Positions 53,863 to 64,000 of a stretch of DNA of 64,000 bases are shown here, piece after piece. The notes beneath the pieces are model-generated. The model worked only from the letters and a program-made list of their open reading frames with translations, ran no database searches and had not been told where the DNA came from. The DNA comes from Octopus bimaculoides. Lineage: Eukaryota. The first letter of the stretch is position 1, and every line of letters starts with the position of its first letter. The stretch covers positions 94,691,223 to 94,755,222 of the forward strand of contig NC_068989.1 of assembly GCF_001194135.2 (NCBI RefSeq), in the 5' to 3' direction. The position numbers were made by a program, and so were the translations under genes.

Positions 53863-54162
53863 TGATGGATTGGTAGTCGTCGAATTAGCTTTCTTCTTTC
53901 TGGTTTTGAGAAGCCTAATTTCTCAAGGTTGGCATTTAGTCAGTGTTTTACATATACCAGTGCCCTAATAATTACAGATATAAACCTGAACTTGTAATCT
54001 AGATAGAATAATTGTAGATTTCTCAATAGTTCATCATAAGTGTTTTATTTTTCGAAGATCAACGAAAAATAAAACACACTGACTAAATACCAACCTTGAG
54101 AAATTAGGCTTCTCAAAACGAGAAAGAAGAAAGCTAATTCGAAGACTACCAATCCATCACTG
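53860..54162. mobile_element. Tc1/mariner-like foldback MITE with 87-bp TIRs
   Basis: 53860-53946 is the reverse complement of 54076-54162 with 3 mismatches; termini TA|CAGTG...CACTG. Confidence 0.88.
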
Positions 54163-54324
54163 GAACTGTAGAAATCTGTAAAACTTTCCTAAAGTTTATC
54201 ATTTAAATATATATGAGCATGTCTAGATATGCAACTATATGCATGAGAATACATACATAAAACATACAAATCTGCACATACATACATACATACATACATA
54301 CATACATACATACATACATACATA

Positions 54325-54432
54325 CAAAAACGCCCTGTTGTTGATGTTGAAATTCCAATGAAGGAGCCTTGGATCTAGGTGAGAAACCGGTTCTTTCTAT
54401 ATTGGCAAGAGATCTTGAAATAAAATGAATAA
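54325..54432 (+). mobile_element. Short interspersed repeat fragment after (TACA)n (family uncertain)
   Basis: CCAATGAAGGAGCCTTGGATCTAGGTGAGAAACCGG..GAAATAAAATGAATAAT; recalled as an octopus repeat, not verified. Confidence 0.35.
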
Positions 54433-56434
54433 TTACATACATACATGCATAAGCAGCGAGTACAAGAGAGAAGACAAAAATGAAATAGAGACGGAGAGGC
54501 ACAAACACACACTATATTTGCGTGTGTTTGGGTGAGAAAGTGTATAGAGATAGAGTGATAGACAGATAGATAGAAAAACAGAGAGACAAACAGGCTGATG
54601 GAAGTCGATAAAAATATGATGGAATGGAAGATAGAAAAGAGAAAAGTAGAGCTGCAATACAAGTCTTAAAATCTGTTGTTTTTCAAAGACAAGAAATAGA
54701 TAGCAAGAAATGTTTTTAGTTCTGCAAAGTACAATGAGTGTACACACACACACACACAGATGTACATATATAAATATGTGTGCATATACATCTGTATGTA
54801 TGTATGTGTATGTATATATATATATATATCGGGAGAGAGAGAGAGAGAAAGAGACAGACAGACAGACAGACACACAGGCCGACAGACAGAGTATATTCGG
54901 AGAAATAATAATTGGATTTCCTCTGTTGTCTACTCTGTATTTGAAATCTTACCTTATTTTTAGAGAAATGCTAGTGTATTCATACGTTCGTACTAACACG
55001 CATACACTCGAGGACATAAATGAATTAATTATATCTATATTTTCATGAATCTAGCGCTGCTTACGTCTTCGTATGTCTGTATGTCGCTCTCTCTGTTTCT
55101 GTGTGGTAATGGTGTATTTGTATCTGTTTGTACTTCGTTTATGAACCGACTGGAAAAGTATGTTAACCAATTTAATAATGAGTAGCGTGTAGATTGTATT
55201 TACTAACGCTCCATGGGGTTAACGTAGAAAGGATATGTATTACTACATAGCGATTTCTAAGGAAATAAAAGGGAAAGCTTCCTTCGTAACTCCTTTCGCA
55301 TCACGGAGTGTTGGTTAATTGGGTACAAGTGTTAGTATATTAGCAGAGAAATCGTTAATGTTCTGCTGAACATTACTATGAAACTAACAACTAAATTAAT
55401 ACTAGCCGCTGATAGACACAGCATGTGTAAAAATGGTTGAATTTGACCAAGAGACGATTGTTATATATTATATATACTATTAGAGTATAAGATATGTATT
55501 CAGAGAATCGTGTGATTATGACAGAAAGCTCCTCCAACGGATTCGGCTATCAGACTATGTAGTAATCCAATACAGAGAAATGTAATGCAGTGTCCATGCG
55601 GCTGAAATCCAGAAAATCCGAGCAATGAAGTTGCTTCATGCAGTAACTTTGTATGTATGTATGTATGTATGTATGTATGTATGTATGTATGTATGTATGT
55701 ATATAGAAACACACAATGGTAGTAATTAGAATCAATCCTTTTTTTCTAAGTAATTCTGCATGAATTAGGACTCAGCAATCTTAAGCTGACAATTATCCTA
55801 GATGCTACTGCAGCCCACACGATGCTACGTTGTCATTTGATGATTAGAATGTCTGGTACTCTGTCTCAAAACTTTTATACTGCAGGAAATTTGAGATATG
55901 TGTTCTTGTTGATTATTGGTATATCGAACTTATTGATAATTTATCAAATATATGAAGCCTTATTTAATGTAGCTTATGTGATTTCGATATGCCCGTCCAT
56001 ATCTTACCTTTTTCATGCCTGCTTTGAGTGTGCCGTGGTATTTCCCTTATGATGGTTAAATGTTTTCTGTTTATAATGAATTGTGTTTTCTTCTACGTCA
56101 CAATACTACTGATACACAATACGTTTACTCATGCAACTGTTATCCAAAGAGCACGTTTCAGTGTTTATATTCTTACAACTATCTCCTCGTGAATCCTTCA
56201 CTTTGGATTGAATTGAAGTGTTTCGTGGGTAAGGAGTAAAATTAGTTTTGTTTCGAGATAAATCGAGATAAATAATTATAACAGGTATGTTTCAAGTGTG
56301 GTAGTGTGGATATTTATATTTTGTAGTTTATGAAACTTATGTCTTGGCAGAGAGTTTGGAATGGGGTATCGGCTCATTAATACCAGGAGTTACATATACA
56401 GTGAATATATCCGAGTCCATTACGTTAAACAAGA

Positions 56435-56512
56435 CTAGAGGGCCGAAGGCCTCAAAGGTGACCTCCACAGGAGCCAGAACGAATGCCGCCCGAAGGGCAG
56501 CTTCAAGACTAG
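56435..56512 (+). mobile_element. Short Helitron-like terminus with two GAA-loop hairpins
   Basis: CTAG + GAGGGCC-GAA-GGCCTC (56438-56453); GCCGCCC-GAA-GGGCAGC (56485-56501) then CTAG|T (56509-56513). Confidence 0.6.
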
Positions 56513-57995
56513 TACATATATAAATGCATAAGTATGTATGTGAGAAATAGTTACATACATGCTTACATATATACATACATACACGGCTACATGCACACGC
56601 ACCTATTCATATATACATGTATGAATAGATAAAGAGTAAATATGTGTATGTGTGTATACATATGCATACAAATAAAGTATACACATATATGTATGCGTTG
56701 TATATTTATAATCATCAATTTTAACTGATTTAATACGAATTATTTTCTTTATATTTCATTGTTTACGTATTATTTATCAATTTATTAAACATAAATGTGT
56801 GTGTGTGTGTGTGCGTGTGTTTACATATACAACCCTTGGCATATGACAAAGTGGAATTCTGAATATGTGTGGATTTTCACTTAATATCTAATAACTTGTT
56901 TGATTACACCCTCTGTCTTTATTTATTTCTTGCGTACTATAATTGTTGTAATGATTATTTTAATTGTTATGGTTTAAATTTGTTCTGAATTTTTTAATCT
57001 CGAAGTTATTTCTGAAATAACTTTTCTACATGTATATATGCAATGCTTTTAATATTGTAAGAGCCATTTTTATTAGCCAAACTGGCCATTCGAATTGACA
57101 GTGAAACTACCATTCTAAAACAATTAGTCTCTCAAATTTTAAATATATATATGAATGTGTGTGTGTGTGAATGCAATTCTGACTTGAAGTGATTTGAACT
57201 TAAAGTGTAGACAATACGGCGAAGTGTTGTATTTGTAGCTCGAGTGATTCTGCCAAAGCATTGCCTGATTAAAAAGTGAAGTATCTTGGAATGACTCATG
57301 GTACGTAAGAAGCAAATATTCTTAAAGTAGTTGTAATAGATACTTGCAAACTCTGTTTACACATGCCTGATTAGAAGCATCGGTTCCCATGATTAATTAG
57401 ATATGTCCGTAAGGTAGAATAATAACAAAGGATAAATGTATAAATCTGCACTCAATAAATAGCAAACGACTATTAGCTATTTATTGAATGCAGATTATAA
57501 TTGGAGTGAGTATAACGTAACAGAAATTAATATATACTGTTATAATGTTACACTATGTAATTACTCGGTACGTTACAAATTTCTAGTCGGATATTTGAGT
57601 TTGAAGGATAGTAATTTAGAAAAGATTTTTTCCATTAATGTTCTAACTCCGACTCTTTGTATGTGATGAGAGAGCAGCTACTAATAAACTGTGAGGAATG
57701 CCTTTCAGTGACGGAGATTGAATCTACTTCTAGTTGAAGTTACTTGTTTTTAGTGTCAATAATAGAGTTCCTGACCAAGACGTTATCGTTGCAACATCTG
57801 TACATATATGCCCTATATGATCAGTACGTATTAAAGTTTACGCGACAATGTCTTGTGTATACAAGTTTAAATATCTCTTTGAACCTGGCATGTCTTAGAA
57901 TAATTTGCCGTATAACAGGAACGTTAAAAACGCATGCATTTCGGCGAGAAAAGAGTTAAAACAATATGCATACACGCATGTTTATTTCTACACAA

Positions 57996-58030
<35 letters not shown>

Positions 58031-58124
58031 TACACACACTCACACACACAAATGTACTCACAAAAGCATACGCTCACACACACATGCATAAATATATACA
58101 CACACACACACACTCAGACACAAC

Positions 58125-58281
58125 ACACGCAGGTGCAAACGAGGTTATGTGGTTGAGATGTCTGTTTCAATCCCACTGCGCGGTATCTTAGGTATATGTC
58201 TTTTACTACAAATCCGGACCAGAGTGGATCTAGAAAGCGTGAACTGAAAGAGGTTCGTCGTGTGTATACATATATATATAT

Positions 58282-58336
<55 letters not shown>

Positions 58337-58362
58337 TAGAAATACAGACAGACAGCTTGATT

Positions 58363-58399
<37 letters not shown>

Positions 58400-58500
58400 C
58401 AGAACATGATTAAACGACGTTCTTCATTAAAATCACAATTGCTTCGGCACATATATATATATGTGTGTGCATCAGCATGGCCGCAGCTCTAAGCTGAAAC
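58125..58500 (+). mobile_element. Old degenerate CORE-like SINE with internal microsatellites
   Basis: CAATCCCACTGCGCGGTATCTTAGG, AACTGAAAGAGGTTCGTCG, CAGCATGGCCGCAGCTC..GCTGAAAC. Confidence 0.55.
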
Positions 58501-58747
58501 TTAAATATATATATATATATAAGANNNNNNNNNNNNNNNNNNNNNNNNNNNNNNNNNNNNNNNNNNNNNNNNNNNNNNNNNNNNNNNNNNNNNNNNNNNN
58601 NNNNNNNNNNNNNNNNNNNNNNNNNNNNNNNNNNNNNNNNNNNNNNNNNNNNNNNNNNNNNNNNNNNNNNNNNNNNNNNNNNNNNNNNNNNNNNNNNNNN
58701 NNNNNNNNNNNNNNNNNNNNNNNNNNNNNNNNNNNNNNNNNNNNNNN

Positions 58748-58780
<33 letters not shown>

Positions 58781-59506
58781 GCGTTCCGATGTGTGAATGT
58801 GCGCTTGTATGTAGTAGAGATTTCTTGCTGTGCAAATATGGCTTTCATTATTCAACAGACAACAGAAAGCCGATATTAGTTATAGAAATTTAGCGATGAG
58901 CTATACGTAAACGATGGTTTGTTCTTTCATTTATATGATACAAGATAGTTAATCTACATACTGTAGTTATTTAAAATAAGATTTAGTACAGAAATCTAAT
59001 ACAGATTGTAACACACACAGCAAGTATATTTAGACATCATAGCAGTTGGTAAGTTCATTTTATTATTTGAGAGGTATACATTTCGAAATATCCAATGTGC
59101 ATTGTAAACAAAAAGACTTAACTACCTCTCTCCTACACTAGTTTATCCATACAAATATCTTTCTTATTGCTGTTCAAACAAAATAACGCTCACAAGTAAT
59201 TGTCAACATGCATGAACATAAACGTCCACAGACGCCACTGGTAAGCGAGTTGAATAGTAGTTTTAGGTGATTATAGAGTGGTTGGAATAGACAAAGTGTC
59301 ATTCTCTCACTATTTGACTCAACAGATTGTTAGATAGCGGGAGAACGGATGACATCAGCTCTTGGCTGCTACTTATTTGCATATGAGGAGACACGAGCAA
59401 GGTCACATAAAGTAATTTGCTCAAGGACATAGCACTCCGCCCCGAGCAGGGATCAAACTTACGATACTAGAATCATCTATATTTTGTTTACCTGTTTCAA
59501 TCACTG

Positions 59507-59880
59507 GACTATGTCACCATGCTTGGACACAGCCACAAGGGCTTTAGAAGCTCAAATAGACTATGCCGCCATGATTGGGCACAACGAAAAGGGCTTTAGA
59601 AGCTCAAGCTATAGCGCCATGATTGGGCACATCCACAAAGCTTTTATAAGCTCAAATAGACTATGGGGCCATGATTGGGCACAGCCACAAGGGCCTTAGA
59701 AGCTCAAACAGACTATGGAGCCATGATTGGACACAGTCACAAAAGCATTAGAAGCTTAGACTATAGCTTCATGATTGGACACAACCACAAGGACTTTAGA
59801 AGCTCAAACAGATTATGGCACCATGATTGGGCACAGCCGTAAGGGCTTTAGTAGCTCAAAGGGACTATGGCGCCATGATT
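59507..59880. repeat. 48-52-bp minisatellite, ~7.3 copies (GACTATGGCGCCATGATTGGGCACAGCCACAAGGGCTTTAGAAGCTCAAAYA)
   Basis: Directly visible diverged tandem units. Confidence 0.92.
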
Positions 59881-60004
59881 ATGTTTTTAAGTTCAGTATT
59901 AATTCCATTCTATCTCCATTGCCAAACTACTACCTCACGGAGAACTAAACAAACCAACACTAGATGGGTAACGGTACGGAGATAAACAGTTACAAAGATA
60001 CTCA

Positions 60005-60235
60005 CGCAGTCATACCGGCCATGACGAAGGGAAATAGCCCTGAAACTCGAGTCGCCTTTATATATATATATTTATATTTATATATTTATATATTTGATCC
60101 TTTATATTGAACACTCAATATTTCATCTACATTCAATACTTTATTTCATGGTGCCATCCATTTTTATTTTATTTTATATTATATATTGTATATTATATTA
60201 TATATTGTATATTCCATATTCTATACCCCACATTA
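60005..60235 (+). mobile_element. Penelope-like terminal-repeat fragment
   Basis: Hammerhead motif followed by the AT-rich TTTATATT tail; family assignment inferred from the ribozyme. Confidence 0.5.
60017..60056 (+). ncRNA. Minimal type I hammerhead ribozyme motif with a 1-nt core anomaly
   Basis: Stem I GGC/GCC, core C(A)TGACGA, stem II AGGG-aaatag-CCCT, GAAA, palindromic stem III C-TCGA-G, GTC cleavage triplet (60051-60053). Confidence 0.7.
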
Positions 60236-60627
60236 GTTCTGCAGGAATATAAATAAAACATAAAAAACAGACAGTGTTGGAACTCTTTTAAGCAAAATAA
60301 TATATTCCTCTATACACAATCATACAAAAAAANNNNNNNNNNNNNNNNNNNNNNNNNNNNNNNNNNNNNNNNNNNNNNNNNNNNNNNNNNNNNNNNNNNN
60401 NNNNNNNNNNNNNNNNNNNNNNNNNNNNNNNNNNNNNNNNNNNNNNNNNNNNNNNNNNNNNNNNNNNNNNNNNNNNNNNNNNNNNNNNNNNNNNNNNNNN
60501 NNNNNNNNNNNNNNNNNNNNNNNNNNNNNNNNNNNNNNNNNNNNNNNNNNNNNNNNNNNNNNNNNNNNNNNNNNNNNNNNNNNNNNNNNNNNNNNNNNNN
60601 NNNNNNNNNNNNNNNNNNNNNNNNNNN

Positions 60628-60661
<34 letters not shown>

Positions 60662-62049
60662 CCCAAGTAAATAGAAACACATTAGCACATATTTTGGTGC
60701 ATTGAAAGTTCTATTCTTGTAATTAAATTCAATTTTTTATACAAAGTTTGAATTCAAGCGATTTCTTGGACCAAAAGCTATTTACGCCTCAACTCCAAAT
60801 ACTTTCGAAATCATGAATATTTCATCGAAAATCTATTGACTTGCCTTGTGTATTCATAGCACTTCGTTCCTATGTATCTCATCTTCCCAATTGTTATTAA
60901 GCATTTTGTCTTACTTACGATTCTGCATCTTTGCTTCTATACAACATTCTCAATACTTTACCATCAGCACTTCAAACTCAATATTAACTGGATTAAAATC
61001 AGCAATTAATTCTAAGAGTGTGTTAGGTGGTGCGAAAGCTATAGCCACTCTCCATTGTTCTCTGACTAACACATTTAAACAAAAGGATGTGCTTCAGTTG
61101 CTTATAAAGGAATTTAACGTATTATCATTGTTTGCAATATAATGGGTCTGGTTAGGTCAGTCTTTGGATTTCATGGTCCGCTGTGTAAACCGTACAGAAT
61201 CATATGTAGCCTTCCATTATTTTGAAATTCGATAAAATACGCACAAGCAATGTAGAAGAGTGTTGTTAAAGATGGATTAGTATTAAATTGAAATGTGATA
61301 TAGCATATGTTCTCGTGTCTCAGATACAATTCAACGGCTTCATCGCTGATTAGTTATGTTCTAACGTTCTAATCAAGCAGAGAAATATCAATGAGAATCT
61401 TTAACAACTATATACTAGTATAACATTACTTCTACATTTATTAACTCGGCCATTATAAATAATCAACATGCTCTAAAATCTTATTAAAGGCGATATTCAT
61501 ATTCTTTCAATGCTCAGAAATTAACTGAATGTCAGGTCATCAACCATACAAAAAGAAAATAGATCTTTATGATATATTACGCTAATATTGCAGCCGTATC
61601 CGTGCAACGCTATGAAAGTTATAATCACATAAGGTGCAGGTTTACACATTCAGTTCAGAAGAATGATCGACAAACATACAGTTACAATTTCGATCCCACT
61701 TCCCGGTACCATTTAGAAGATGTTTTTCAGAATGGAAATAAAAACCTGAACGATATTGAATAAAATTTCGGAAAAAAGAAACTGTAGTTGCTAGTTGGGT
61801 GAGCCAAAACCAATTGTTTTAAGTCGTGTTAACTGGAACCACTCATGTACTGAGAGGAGTATTATTGCTGTGAAAACAACATCTCTTCATGAATTAATTT
61901 ATTTATTAATTTTCTTTTAAATACATATTTTACCAGTGATTTTGCGTGTGTAAACTGGGAATGAATACAATGAGCTTCTCTGCCCTAAGTGTACGGAAAA
62001 CATTCGGCAAGAAATGGAAGAAAATTTGAAGAAAGAAGAAAAAAAGAAC

Positions 62050-62061
62050 GTAATAATAATG

Positions 62062-62120
<59 letters not shown>
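62050..62120. repeat. (TAA)n microsatellite
   Basis: Directly visible. Confidence 0.97.
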
Positions 62121-62336
62121 CCTTAAACAACCCTTATTCAAGGAGTTTTTGAGCGGGCCCCACCTGGAAGGTCATGCGCTGTTTATCTTGATATAAGATC
62201 ACTATGTCATTCAAATATCGTTGTGATGCATGTGCTTGGTGTACCCTTATCAGAAGGGTAGTCTTGGTGGGTATACTGGGCTTGGTATATTTTTTCCCAA
62301 GTGTCACTTTGATGGCATGCACTGCTCTATCACACA
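62121..62336 (-). mobile_element. Probable 3' end of a restriction-endonuclease-type LINE between two (TAA)n tracts
   Basis: Minus strand KTTLL..GT..QRYL resembles the C-terminal QK..LLGT..ILR..L motif of R4/Dong-type ORFs; flanked both sides by (TAA)n. Confidence 0.35.
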
Positions 62337-62549
62337 ATAATAATATTAATAATAATAATGGTCTTGACAGAGCAAAAAAGTGGTACGAACATAAATCCGA
62401 AGGCATCATCGAAAATGATAACGCAAAGATTTTGTCTCCATCTTGTTTGTTGTTAAAACAACTGTAAAATAATTTTACAAGTAAAAAGTAACTTAAGATC
62501 CAGTAAATATATTTCAATGCTTTAACCGCTAGAAAGCATAGAAACGTTA

Positions 62550-62750
62550 AATAAGAAACATTAGCACGCAGAGCGAAATGCTGAGCTGTATTTCGTCTGT
62601 CTACGTTCTGAGTTCAAATTCCGCCGAGTTTGGCTTTGCCTGTCATCCTTTCGGGGTTGATAAATCAAGTACAAGTTGCATACTGGAGTAGATCTAATCG
62701 ACTGGTCCCCTCCCCCAAAATTTCGGGCCTTGTGCATAGAGTAGAAACGA
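62550..62750 (+). mobile_element. Meta-like tRNA SINE
   Basis: TTAGCACGCAGAGCGAAATGC..GAGTTCAAATTCCGCCGAG..CATCCTTTCGGGGTTGATAAATCAAGTAC..GAGTAGAAA. Confidence 0.85.
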
Positions 62751-63465
62751 TTGTTTACACTCAATCATTGTCATTACTCCAATTGATACGATATTCTTTA
62801 CCTTTAAAATATCTGTCATCTCGGTAAAAAAAAAAAAAGAAACCTGCCCTACTCTATAAAGTAAAACATTTGATCGAGTGTTCATCATCATCAGAAATAT
62901 AGAACTTTTCATTTGCCAGTTAACATTTATAAATAAAACAAAATACTCGTATCTTCGTCCCAAACATTGAAGGTTTCTTTATATTTTCATTTATATCACC
63001 AAGTGATATACTTTACATATTTTACTCAGTTCAATATCATAAAATTTACAAATATCAATGCACAGCACATTTATATAATACTTTTTCGCTATTTCGTCTG
63101 AATTATTTAAAATTTCATAATAAATATAAATGTATTTCTTGTTTTATAATTTTTCACTTATAATATGTACACAAATTTACACATATAGATATGTGCGCTT
63201 ATATATCTGTGTGTGTGTGCGTATACACACGCATGCATACACACGCACGCACACATACACACACATTACACTTAGAAACATATTGTATATTTGTATGTTT
63301 ATATACAAATACAGAATATATACATTTATGCGTGTGTGTGTTTGTGTGTTTGGGTATCTATGTACTCACAGATAATTCATATATAAGGTATCTATCTATC
63401 TATCGACACACACACATACACACACACACACACACATACATACATACATATATATATATATATAC

Positions 63466-63511
<46 letters not shown>

Positions 63512-64000
63512 ATAGCTATTCATTTATCAATCAATTTATCTATCTATCAATATATATATATACAGTTATTCATATATCCACGTATGCGATTTCGTATCAA
63601 TCTATTATTGTCTCTGTCAAGATGATTGAAACCATAGGAACTTACACGTCAAAATGTTGTGATATGTATATAAGTGCAAGTTACTTATTAAACTAAACCG
63701 AATTTATTTATGGTTTGAGAAAGAACGAGAACCCAGTTGACACAAAAAGTTTAATCCATTACATACGCAAATAATCTTAAGTACTACAAACTGGTAAGTA
63801 AAAAACAAAACAACAGGAAAACCGTCAGAATAAAACGATTTTTGAAAAGCAATCAACGATAGTATATAGTTGTATGGGTTTAAAATATATAAATGCAAAT
63901 ATTTAACTGCAAACCTTACTCTCTCTATATATATATGTGTGTATGTGTGTTTGTATAAACACACACGCTCACACACACACACATTTATATATATATATAT

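Noticed and set aside
54350-54392. Variant hammerhead CCAATGA..GAAAC
   Set aside because: Core deviates at invariant positions and stem II is not flush with either core strand.
56341-56520. Fibronectin type III exon (LIPGVTYTVNIS)
   Set aside because: Only a short motif match; the frame runs into a Helitron-like terminus and has no donor.

Overview
AT-rich eukaryotic, almost entirely non-coding DNA from a gapped short-read scaffold (12 N-runs, mostly at (TA)n tracts). It is dense in microsatellites and decayed mobile elements. The two dominant tRNA-derived SINE families (one CORE-like, one Meta-like) and the LINE mix resemble an octopus (coleoid cephalopod) genome; this taxon call is an inference from recalled repeat families, not a database result. 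Supported elements: CR1-like RT remnant (10.2-11.45 kb); Dong/R4-like LINE fragments (11.5, 47.7-48.3 and probably 62.1 kb); a rearranged L1/Tx1 element with APE endonuclease remnants and an inverted second copy of its 5' end (24.4-27 kb); an older L1/Tx1 RT remnant (27.6-30.3 kb); three mariner derivatives; Helitron termini; a piggyBac-type MITE with TTAA TSDs; a Tc1-like foldback MITE with 87-bp arms; three Penelope-like terminal-repeat fragments carrying minimal hammerhead-ribozyme motifs; and 21-, 42- and 52-bp minisatellites. No intact protein-coding gene, tRNA, rRNA or CRISPR array can be supported. A few GC-richer islands with splice-like signals are reported only as candidate exons. 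I found nothing I can defend as a wholly new system; the best leads are the hammerhead motifs, the inverted L1/Tx1 5' end, the long foldback hairpin and the open-frame 42-bp array.
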